Below are positions 48,104-58,051 of a DNA stretch of 58,051 nucleotides, piece by piece. Origin of the DNA: Chromera velia (Eukaryota); the NCBI GenBank assembly GCA_018398765.1, contig JAHBMJ010000041.1:1-58051 (forward strand), written 5' to 3'. Position numbers and translations under genes: made by a program. The notes beneath the pieces were generated by a model that worked only from the letters and a program-made list of their open reading frames with translations, was not told the DNA's origin and searched no databases. Positions within the stretch are counted from its first letter, which is position 1; each line of letters begins with the position of its first letter.

Positions 48104-49786
48104 CATCATCATCATCATACGCCATCGCTATCGGCCCATAATAAGCGTCTAGCGTTCGGCAAGTCACAACACATAAGGCAGATTATTAAATGATGGACCC
48201 TTATTTCGCAGCCTTTAGCAAATAGCTTAACAGCTGCATTTTTTCTCAAACTCTTCCACTTCTGGCAGGGCGTGCTTACGCATGAGCGAGGCTGCTTCAT
48301 GTGATGTTGACTGCCAGCCATGCCATGCCACCTCATAACGCCATCCTCTTCCCTGCTTGTACTTCCTAAGAATTTCCTTTACCTGACAGCCCTGAACCCA
48401 GCTTCCCTTCTTTTCTTTGACTGCCTTCTTCGGCTGCTCTGGCTGTCTGGGGGCGAGGTCCTTGTGTGCTTTGCTTATGTAAATGCAAAGCCCCCGGGGG
48501 GTGGAAAACGTTCGTTCACATGCCTCATACTTCGTATCTCCATCTCTCTGCCCCTTTCTCACTTCCCTTTTCTTTTTCTTTTCCTCCGCTGCTCTCTCCT
48601 CTACCTTTTTCACCCATCTTGAATTAACGCCCTCCACCTGCCTCTATGAGAGGCAAGTGTCTGCCACTTGGCCTCATTGATTTCCAGAAGGCGGAAATCA
48701 GAGAGGACACAGTCGCTCCAACGAAGGAGGGGTCGACCAAGGGGGCGCTCTCCTTGGAGATGCCCAAACAACAACTGACGGGGAAGACGCTCTCCCCCCA
48801 TTCTCCCAATATGCCCCAGCCACCGGAGTCTAGCAAGTCGGATGGTGCTCTCAATCGTGCGCAATCTAAATGTACGGCGGAGGGCGGCATCAGGAGTATG
48901 CTCCTGACGAGGCTAGTTCGTTACCTGCCTCACAAGCGCCATGTACCATGACTCCAACTTCCCGATCTGGTCTTTTCGGGCTGCCCACGTCTCTGCCCCA
49001 TAGAGGAGGGCGGGGAGGACTGCACCTCTGAACATGTGCATTTTCGTCTTTATTGTGAGCCCTGCCCGCTTCCACACCTCCCCCTGCAACTTTTCCCACA
49101 CCATCCCTGCTTTCTGAATGCGGTAATAGATCTCTCCGTTAAGAGACCCATCATTCGACATCACATCCCCCAGGTACGAAGGAGGGGTCGACCAAGGGGG
49201 CGCTCTCCTTAGAGATGCCCAAACAACAACTGACGGGGAAGACGCTCTCCCCCCATTCTCCCAACATGCCCCAGCCACCGGAGTCTGGCAAGTCGGATGG
49301 TGCTCTCAATCGTGCGCAATCCAAATACACGGCGGAAAGATCTATCATCACATTCAGAAAGCAGGGATAGTGTGGGAAAAGTTGCAGGGGGAGGTGTGGA
49401 AGCGGGCAGGGCTCACAACAAAGACAAAAATGCACATGTTCAGAGGTGCAGTCCTCCCCGCCCTCCTCTATAGGGCAGAGATGTGGGCAGCCCGAAAAGA
49501 CTAGATCAGGAAGTTGGAGTCATGGTGTATGGCGCGTGTGAGGCAGGTGACGAGCCAGCCTCGTCAGGAGTATACTCCTGACGCCGCCCTCCGCCATGCA
49601 TTTAGATTGCGCACGATTGAGAGCACCATTCGACTTGCCAGACTCCGGTGGCTGGGGCATATTGGGAGAATGGGGGGAGAGCGTCTTCCCCGTCAGTTGT
49701 TGTTTGGGCATCTCCAAGGAGAGCGCCCCCTTGGTCGACCCCTCCTTCGTTGGAGCGACTATGTCTTCTCTGATTTCTGCCTTCTG
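48104..49786 (-). mobile_element. Rearranged 5'-truncated RTE-clade LINE with a C-terminal C2H2-like finger and a chromodomain
   Basis: YLG...RIQKA...LTIKTK...VLPALLYGAETW...RLRWLGHIGRM...RPLGRPLLRWSD (RTE C-terminal signature), then YEACERTFSTPRGLCIYISKAH and CQVKEILRKYKQGRGWRYEVAWHGWQSTSHEAASLMRKHALPEVEEFEK; (ATG)n tail at 48104-48118. Includes a direct partial duplicate (49176-49336) and an inverted copy (49333-49786). Confidence 0.9.
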
Positions 49787-49954
49787 TAATTGGGACAATT
49801 GGAATGCTCAATTAGGAATTTGGAATCCCAAATTCCTAATTCGGAACATTTGGAAACATTTTTTTCTATGTGAAAACTTAGTGTACAAAGCCATATTTTT
49901 CTGCATAAAGATTTTAAAACTCAAAGATTTCAAATTTGAACACCAATTAGCTTT

Positions 49955-50375
49955 GGCGATACGAGAAGAAAGAAAGGGGATGAATAAAAGGGCAAACAAA
50001 TGCAAGTTTTTCAAAAAGGAGAATCGTTCAGAAAAGTTTGGGGAACTGTACGTATTTTAAGACAGAGTTTTGATGGAGTGTTTTTAAGCAGGAGTTTTTT
50101 GAAGGGATAGAAGACGTGCGGGGTAGCCTTTTTCAATGAAAGAACTGAAGTGTTGGGAAGGTTCTGCCCTATATCCCCCTCTATCTTTTTTCTCTCTCTT
50201 TTGTTTGTCCACCCTGTTATAAAGCCGCGATTGATAAGCTGTATTAAGTGATCGAAGTCGTGTCTGTTTTCGACGCTTTTGGTTGTAGGACTAAACAAAT
50301 CGATAAAGTTTAACTAGGCTAGATCTGCTCCTCATATATGGGGACGCGACATGCATGACAAAACCCTCAATCATC
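49955..50375 (+). mobile_element. Short LINE 3' fragment inserted in the foldback arm
   Basis: Flanked by duplicated ATTAGCT (49946-49952, 50376-50382). Ends ...aaaccctcaatcatc, like the 3' end of the LINE at ~9720 (AAACCCTTCAATCAATC). Confidence 0.65.
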
Positions 50376-51430
50376 ATTAGCTCCACATAAACATTAAACC
50401 TTAAAAAACTACAATTGGAAATTTGGATTTCTATTGGCAATTGCAAATTCAATTTTTCAATTGGAAATCATATACGTCTTGAATTGGAAAATGAATTGGA
50501 TTCCAATTGGAAATCCAATTTCCAATTTTTTTTTCTTCTTTAATTTATTGTGTAAAATTAAACAATGTTTACACAAAGGTTTAAGACTATTTAACTAGTC
50601 TCTGGGCACTACAAGAAGTCCATAAACAAAGTTTTTGATATAAAAAAGGTATGTTTCTAATTGGTTCCAATTGGATTCCAATTTAATTTAGAAAATTTTG
50701 AATTCAAAACGTATATGATTTCTAATTGGAAAATTGGATTTCCAATTGGAAATCCAAATTTCCAATTATATTTTTGTAAGGTTTAATGTTTATGTAAAGC
50801 TAATTGGTGTTCAGATTTGAAATCTTTGAGTTTTAAAATGTTTATGCACAAATACACAACTTTGTGCCCTAAGTTTTCCATATAGAAAAAAATGTTTCCA
50901 AATTGCTCCGAATTGGGAATTTGGGATTCCAAATAGGGAATTTGGGATTCTAAATTCCCAATTGGGCATTCTAATTGTCCCAATTACTCCCAAATATGAT
51001 AGGGTAGAGATTATCTTGATTATATTTTTTCAACTGGCACTTAATTAGGTTCAGGGAGGTTACATGAGCAGTCGAAGATGAAAATAAAAAGAGTTATATC
51101 GATATCTAGATTGAACTAGTAGTTGATGGTCTTGAGTATTGCATCTTACCTTATATTTGAAACCTATGCATAAAGATCCGATTTTTGATACAACATTTTG
51201 ATTACTTTCTCAGTCATTTGCACGGAGTATGTTAGAAACCGTTCAAGCATTAGGCTCAAGCAGCTCGTAGCAGCGCGTAGAGAGCAGATCCAAGCAGATG
51301 TAAGCGTACCTTGCAAAGACTTAGGAATTTAGACAGGAATTTAGACGAATGTAGACAAGAATTTAGAGAAATTTAGACAGGATCGATTTTAGAGGAATTT
51401 AGAGGAATTTAGACAGGAATCTAAAGGAAT

Positions 51431-51879
51431 TAAGGCTGAAAAAAGGTGCATAAGGTGCTGGTGCTGGTGCAAAAATAAGTGCAAAATAAGGTGCACCGTT
51501 TACCCTATGAAAGCTAGGTTTCTAGGGTTGATTTTTAGTGTTCCTAACGGCCAAAAGGCGCCTCAGTCAAGGCTTAAAAGCTTTTTATGATATAAATTTG
51601 CTACACTGATTTTTACTATGCGAAACAACTTAAAATGTTACTAGAAATATCAGTAAAAATGCGATAAAAGGCAAAAATAAAAAATAGAATAATTAAAGAC
51701 TATATGTCTCTGACTGTCTCATGACTTTGGTCTCTTCAATCAGGTGCATCTGACTTTGGTCCAATTCCATTCAATCAGGTGCAAAACAGGTGCATCAGGT
51801 GCATCTGGTGCAAAACAGGTGCATCTGGTGCAACTTTTTAGTTTGTACCTTTTCTGAGGTGCACCTTTTCCAAGCCCTA
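51431..51879. mobile_element. hAT-like MITE with AGGTGCA subterminal repeats
   Basis: TIRs TAAGGCTGAAAAAAGGTGCA / TGCACCTTTTCCAAGCCCTA; 8-bp TSD AAAGGAAT / AAAAGAAT (1 mismatch). Confidence 0.75.
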
Positions 51880-52006
51880 AAAAGAATTGAGAGCTCTAAA
51901 TTCCTAAACTTTGTAAGTCAATTTCTCATCATCTCATGAACTATGATGAATTAGAACTTGATATTAATAGTGCTTATAGATATTTATAGACCTATATTAG
52001 TTCTAT

Positions 52007-52290
52007 CATCATCATCATCATCATTATATGCCATCGTTGTCTGCCTAGACTAGTGGCTTAGCCTTCGACGCTTCCAACGTTCGGCAAGAGACAAGTTCGG
52101 CAGCCCTCCTCCAGAGGAGAAAGCACATGCAAAAACATGATAAATGACCCCCAGCGGCTTGTCCTGAACTATGAGAAAAGGTCGGCTTTAAACGCTGGTC
52201 TATAGGATTAAAAAGTGGCCAGGGGGAGCCAAACTACCCGCCTTCTTCTATCCCATCTCTCTCTTTTTCTCTTTTTCTAGTCAGAGACGG
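52007..52290 (-). mobile_element. Short non-LTR retroelement 3' fragment with an (ATG)n tail (RTE-related 3' end)
   Basis: 11-bp TSD ATTAGTTCTAT at 51996-52006 and 52291-52301; (cat)n followed by gccatcg.t.tc.gcc.a and cgttcggcaag, shared with the RTE tail at 48104-48163. Confidence 0.8.
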
Positions 52291-52453
52291 ATTAGTTCTA
52301 TAAACACCTTTAATATTAAGTTCCTATCTTTAAATTCCTTTAGATTCCTGTCTAAATTCCTCTAAATTCCTCTAAATTCCTCTCTAAATTCCTCGCTAAA
52401 TTCCTCTAAATTCCTATCTAAATTCTTAGGTCTTTGCACTGGCAGGGTATGTA

Positions 52454-53930
52454 AGCGTTTAAAGCTGATCTTTTTTTATATACTATATAGTTCAGGACAA
52501 GCGTCACAAGCCCCTTTTCAACCACTGGGGGTCGATCATTTATCATGCTTTTACGTGTGCTTTTTTTTTTTAAGTTGGGGGGGGGGCTCGGACTCTGGAG
52601 GGCTGCCGAGCTTGTTTCTTGTCCTATAGCTCTTGTAGTGACCATGTTTGATTTGATTTGATTTGATTTGATTTGAGGTAGGGCTTAAGCTCAAATCAAA
52701 TATCTAGTCAAGGAGGACCTAGTGTTTAAAGACCTATCAAATACGATCAAATATTTGATCAATATGACTTTCAACCTCAAATATGAAGGTCCCGAAAAAA
52801 CTTTTGCAGGTACCGATCCATCACGCATGCTGATTCAAATGAAAAAACCTAAATCTTGATGGTTTGCTCTCAAAAACAAAACGTTTTGAGCTGCACTGAA
52901 ATTGACGTTTCACCCCTTTTTACTTCATGCAGAGGTAAACCGATCAGCTGAACGTTTTCCCGAACAGCTGTGTTAACTTTTCTGGTGCTGAAATATCTTT
53001 TACGGCCCCCTTTTTGAACGTCTGCAAACATTTTACACCCCATAAAGACATGTCACACAATCCGACAGGGTCAAACGGGAAGAAGGAGGCATTTGTTTTT
53101 AGAGCCGGGTACGCAAAAAAAATATGGTCCGTGCAAAAAGGGGTAAATGTGATTCAGTATCAGGTGAAAATACAAGGAGCCGAGGGGGAAGGAGAAACTA
53201 TTTCTGGCTATGAGTATGCAGCAGCGGCAACCAGTTCTTTTCAAACCCACCTCATCAATCAGCATGGCTTGACGATCACGTCTGACAAACATGTGCAGCT
53301 GCTCCAAGAAAGACAGGAGAAGCGGTCGGAGGGGGCGGGAGGGACGAAGCAGCCTGACGTGCGAACGTTTTTCCCCACCCAAGATGAAGCATTGAAGAAA
53401 GTGATCATGAAGAAGAGGAAAAGGAAGTGCCATAAAGCTGAGTGATTGTCACCTCAATTTTGGTACGTGTTCTAACTTTATCGTATCAAAAAGTCATATG
53501 CAATTTCAAATCTATCAATTTTACGTTCTTAATCTCTATTAGTATTAGAGTGAGTCTCAGTGACTAGTGTATATACACTGCCATACAGGCACATTTTTTT
53601 TACGGAACTGATAAGTTATAATTTTATATGTATTTTTTTAAATTTTTGAAACACACATCAGAAATGTTCTGATAACTATTGTCATGAGAAAAATGATCAG
53701 AGTGACAGTAAGTCAGTAACTCAGTGAGGAAGCCTAAGAGGTTAACCTCAAATCTTACCTCAAATATCAAATATTTGAGGTTGAAGCTCAAATCAAATCA
53801 AATCAAATCAAATCAAATATAATCAAATCAAACATGGTCACTAAGCTCTTGCCGAACGTCGGAAGCCTCGAATGCTGAGCTAGAAGCTAGGCCACTAATC
53901 TAGGCAGACGACGATATTGTATGATGATTA
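52454..53930 (+). mobile_element. Second copy of the 52007-52290 retroelement, interrupted by a hAT element
   Basis: 52454-52627 and 53844-53930 are reverse-complement homologous to 52007-52196; ends atgatgattattatt. Confidence 0.75.
52636..53843 (+). mobile_element. Internally deleted hAT transposon retaining the transposase N-terminus (degenerate BED finger)
   Basis: TIRs TAGTGACCATGTTTGATTTGAT / ATCAAATCAAACATGGTCACTA; perfect 8-bp TSD AGCTCTTG (52628-52635, 53844-53851); (TTTGA)n subterminal repeats. ORF 53050-53445 has W...YQVK...GYEY...TSSFQTHLINQHG and QPDVRTFF. Confidence 0.88.
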
Positions 53931-55579
53931 TTATTTTTTTGTATTAAAAACTAGATTAAAAGAATGATTTAACAACATCTATATAAAAGTTCATCCGGGA
54001 CCTGCATGGAATCGATCTTTCTGTAGATCGAACAGTTCGTTGAACTTCGTTCGGGTTTGACAGTGTTTCTCATTGATTAAAGTTTGTCCGAAATCATATC
54101 AAATCGATCATGACATCATCATGTAGACGTCGTACTAGACGAGCACAGTCAAACGCACAGATCCGAGTGTCAGATCGATAAGAAGAAAAACAAACACACG
54201 TGACACTAGACGTGACAAGTGTACTGTTAGACAGTCATGCAATTCCAAGAGAGACGAGTCCCCCACACCGAAGCTGTCGAGGTTACAGTCAACGTGCAAA
54301 GACTTATCACCCCCGAAGTTGCAAGCAAGTCTCTTAGTACAAGCACGACGACACAAACCACTACGGCGACATGCAATCAATCTTTCCAGTCCAGGCCTGC
54401 ATGACGATGCAAGTGCCGTGATGGTTTGAAAGAAGTGCACGCACCCATGCCGCAACAGGTAGGAAAAAAGGTATCCACATGCGATTCGCACGCGGTTAGT
54501 GAAAAAAGCGAAGAGACGATATGATTACTAAAAGCACGCCAATGCGTGACGAAAAAAGAAGCGCTTTCAAGAAACGGAAGGCACGCGGGCCCCTCTGCGC
54601 AACAAAAAAAAATCCTTCCTGGAGTGAGTTGATGGACCTGTCACTCGTCCTACGCACAAGTACTCTCGGCCTTGCTTTCTCTCTGTCTTGTATCCAGACA
54701 AAACAGAATGGGGCAGCACGTCGAGCAAACAAACAGACAGACCCCCAATCTCTTAATTCGTGCTCTCTCTGGGTCTTGCTTTCCAACAAGACCAGGAATC
54801 CAGACACAAGAAAGAAATGGGGCACTAGTCCGAACACACAGACAGACAAGACAAACGGACAGACAGGCCGTTTTGTGGATCAGTGAAGAGCGACCTCAAC
54901 CCCCTTCACTTCCCCCTCCCCTCCTCTGAGCATCCATTCACCCACCTACCAACCTATCCGACAGAGAAGCCTTTCAATCGAGTTAGCGAGACAGGCATTC
55001 CTCATCTAGACAGATGGAGGGCAGGATGACAAGACAGAGGTGGAGGGCGCGAAAGGAAAGGAGACAGACGTCAAAAAGCAAAAGAAAGGGAAAGAAAACA
55101 AAAGAAACAACAATCCATTGCAGTCGAACCACGCGTGCGTCTTCCTTCATGCCAACAATGGCATTGCACAGACAAACGACACACCGACTGCATGCACACA
55201 CCGTCTCTACTCTACAGCAACCTTCCTTCCCTCCTTCCTTCCAGTCTGTTTCTTCCTCCTGCAGGTCGGTCGGAATCGAACCCCATCTTCTTTTTTCTTC
55301 CATTGAATCGTTTCCACCATTTTTCTTTTCGTCTCCTGTAGTGCAATGCCGAAAAGAAAGAAACAAAAGATTGACAAGGTCTTTTCTCATGCATGCTGCT
55401 TTTTTCAGTCTGCCCGTAATCAGACTCTCTTAAAGTTGCATCACTTGTAGCAATCCACCTGACAATTACACCCCAAAAAAGAACGAACGAAGGGGAAGGG
55501 AAAGAGGGGGCCTCCCTCTGTCACGAAAAAAGCAGCCAATCTTGCTTCCCTCCCTCTCCCCTCTTCATTCCCCTCCCGT

Positions 55580-57569
55580 CTAGTGTCCACAGTCCGCAAA
55601 CACACAGGCCTCGGCTTCGTACCGGAGACGGCCGATGTCCGGAACTTGATAGAGACGCCGGCCGCGGGGAGGCCAGCCACGGATGTTGGAGCGGGGGCCG
55701 ATGTAGCGTCCTCTTCTGTCGTAGCGCTGGAGCTTTCTGTTCTCTGCAGAGACGGATTCAGAAAGAAAGGGGGCGGGAGAGGGAAGGAAACATTCAGAGT
55801 CAACGCTTGAGCAGACAAAGTGGGAAGGAAAAAATGTTTCGCCCTCCAAACGAATCAGCGACAGAGACATGACAGAGACAGAGACAGACGGGGAAGCAAG
55901 CAAGTAGACATACACAGATACAAAAGTGCGGACTAACGTGCGCTTGCTTCCATGTAGTCAGGGAAGAAGCCGAGGCGTCGGCCGCGGGGGGGCCAGCCGC
56001 GATGGGGTCCCCGGTAGCGTTGGCTTCTGCCGCTGCGTTGGAGCATTCGACTTTCTGCAGACAGAGGAAGCGAGAGAGGAAGGGAGGGTCTGAGGGTTGT
56101 GGGTGCATGAGCGACACAGGGAGATGGACGATCTTGAGGGAAGGATCAGTTCTCAGATTCATCGATCAGCTGTTCTGCTGTGCACGGAAAGGGAGAAAAC
56201 GAAAAGAAGACACGACTTGCCTTTGCAAATCTCACGAAGAAAGGAAGCACACACAGGCAAACGCATATACAGACGGATGGAAGGACGGACCAACCTGCGC
56301 CGTCATCGGACCGGTCAGCAAGGAAGCCCAGGCGCCGGCCGCGAGGAGGCCAGCCGCGAACGTTGGAGCGGGGGCGGCGGTATCGTCCTCTTCTGTCATA
56401 CCCTTGGAGCTTTCGGTTCTCTGATTCATCGTCCATCTGCTCGAGATGTTCGTTGTCCTGCTTCTCCGTCATGCCTGCACACAGAAGGGCATTGAAAAAA
56501 ATGAAACTTGAAGGGATTGTGAAGACCAAGAGAAATGGGGCAAAGGAGCCCGGGGGACAATCCCGACGAAAAGAGAGTCAGCTGGAAGGACATTAGATCA
56601 GCAGCGGAGCACAGGTCGGCACGAGAAATTCAAAGCAGAAAAGTGCAAGAGGTGTAGTGTGGGGCGGGAGAGCCTCAGAGGACAGCTCCTTCCTTTCACA
56701 CACACCCCACGGACTGTGCCCCTGAACTTCTTACGAAAAAGGACGAACAAACAGACAGACTCAAGTGCGAGCGGAGGGACAAACCTGCGCTGTCATCGGA
56801 GCCCAGGCGCCGGCCGCGAGGAGGCCAGCCGCGAACGTTGGAGCGGGGGCGGCGGTATCGTCCTCTTCTGTCATACCCTTGGAGCTTTCGGTTCTCTGCA
56901 GATGTCCCGGCAGGCGCTTCAGGTGAGTCAGTGTTACCTTCAATCGTGTCCACGACCTCCCATGTCATGCGGGGCACCAACACCTTCCCGTCCTCCAAGA
57001 AAATAGGACGCGCTCCCTCGTCGTCCTCATCCGCGTCCTCAAAATAATCGTCGTCCATGCCCTCGTAGTCATCGTCCTGCACGGTTAAAACAATTTCAGT
57101 TGTCAAAGAAAATCAAGATAGGCAACGCACACACGCTCGCAGTCACCATCTGATGAGAAAGGCTTCCCCGCTCAGTGATTACATATGAGGCTCACAGTGT
57201 CACAGACTGAGGGGTGGAGGAGACAAGGAGAGCTGTGACGCACTCAACACCAACCGAAGCACACAGAGACCAAAGTCGATTGGCTGACTGCCTGACAGAT
57301 AAACCGACCCCGTATGCTTCCAGAGAGTAGGGGTAGTCGTCTTCGTCGAACTCTTCCTCCATCGGTTCGACCTGCTGCTCGTGCATGGGTGTGGGCATCG
57401 GCGTCTCCGTGTCCGTCTCTGCCTCCTTTGCTTCAGGGGGAGGGGGGACCGGGGCTGGTGGCTGCGCCTGAGAAGCCGTTGCAGGCCCTGTGGTGCTGTC
57501 CGGCGGTGCCCCGAGGGAACACTGGTACAGCGCGAAGAGAAGGGCTGGAGAGAGCCACTTGACCATCAT
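55580..57569 (-). CDS. Secreted multi-peptide precursor-like protein (signal peptide, acidic pro-region, four Arg-rich RGWPPRG cassettes)
   Basis: Exons (-): 57569-57309 (MMVKWLSPALLFALYQCSLGAPP...), 57076-56785, 56474-56295, 56054-55938, 55743-55580; intron phases 0,1,1,1, all GT..CAG. Cassettes: RKLQGYDRRGRYRRPRSNVRGWPPRGRRL (twice), RMLQRSGRSQRYRGPHRGWPPRGRRL, RKLQRYDRRGRYIGPRSNIRGWPPRGRRL. The end of the last exon is uncertain. Confidence 0.8.
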
Positions 57570-58051
57570 GGTGGCGAATCGAATTAAGCTTCAGTCGAGA
57601 CACAGAGGGCGCTTGAGGAGTATGTTGGTTTGAGAATCTCAATTGACAGAGAGTGACGGGTGCAGTTGCTGGTAGATTGAAGGGGAAGCGGAAGAAGTGC
57701 TGAGGAAAGACGCAAATGTACACTTTTGAGGGAGGGGGGGATGATCATCAGGCGAGAACAAAGTGAATGAACTTGGTTGCCGTCGTTGTCTTTTTTGGAC
57801 GCGGACAAGTCTTTTGGAAGTCCTTCTCCGCCGCTGATCCTCGCGGCGCTCGCGCGGCGGCGCCGCCGCGGAATATTGATCGATGGACCCGCCCGCGGCC
57901 CGGCCGTGCACGGGCATGCTGCTGCCAATGACCGCCGCCGCAGCCATGATCTGACGCAAGCAAGCTTGCGAACGGCCCCGGAAAGCAAGAAAAATGAGAA
58001 CTGCACGATTGACGCACGCCGGCCAGCCATCGCGCCGATCCCCCCCCCCCC

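Larger units (their letters stand above)
48085..51004. mobile_element. Foldback-type element with very long TIRs and a TA TSD, containing two LINE fragments
   Basis: TA|CCCTATCGCATTTGGGAGT ... ACTCCCAAATATGATAGGG|TA. The left arm resumes at 49787 and 50376 and mirrors ~50660-50986; arms are built of AATTGG(G)A subrepeats. Confidence 0.85.
47861..51061 (-). mobile_element. Same MITE family, split by nested insertions
   Basis: Left part 47861-48084, right part 51005-51061; TSD ACATGAGT (47853-47860) / ACATGAGC (51062-51069). Confidence 0.88.
51309..52447. mobile_element. Second TA-flanked foldback/MITE with GGAATTTAGA subrepeats, hosting two insertions
   Basis: TA|CCTTGCAAAGACTTAGGAATTTAGAC... 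mirrors ...TCTAAATTCTTAGGTCTTTGCACTGGCAGGG|TA; arms at 51312-51430 and 52330-52438. Confidence 0.8.

Noticed and set aside
51320..52430. CRISPR-like short repeats (GGAATTTAGA, AGGTGCA; also TTTGA nearby)
   Set aside because: No unique regular spacers; these are subterminal repeats of DNA transposons in a eukaryote.

Overview
Eukaryotic, intron-rich genomic DNA (GT[C/G]AGT-type donors, TGCAG acceptors, (AAAG)n/(AG)n/(ACAG)n introns, TGCATGCA motifs), most consistent with a chromerid-like alveolate such as Chromera (inference only). Genes built by manual splicing: an ankyrin-repeat gene (-, runs off the left edge); a secreted fungal-type GH32 beta-fructofuranosidase (+); a 22-exon Patched/NPC1-like sterol-sensing RND protein (+); a microbial rhodopsin resembling bacteriorhodopsin-like cation/kalium channelrhodopsins but with an unusual helix-C motif and a ~300-aa tail (-); a decayed tandem-CCCH zinc-finger gene (-); and a secreted precursor with four R(K/M)LQ...RGWPPRG-RRL peptide cassettes (-). 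The rest is nested transposons (MITEs with 8-bp TSDs, TA-flanked foldback elements, hAT, CACTG-ended element, CR1-like and RTE LINE fragments, one ending in a chromodomain). Duplicated repeat copies show a strong RIP-like C-to-T bias. Best candidates for new biology: the peptide precursor, the atypical channelrhodopsin, the RIP-like mutagenesis and the chromodomain-bearing RTE.
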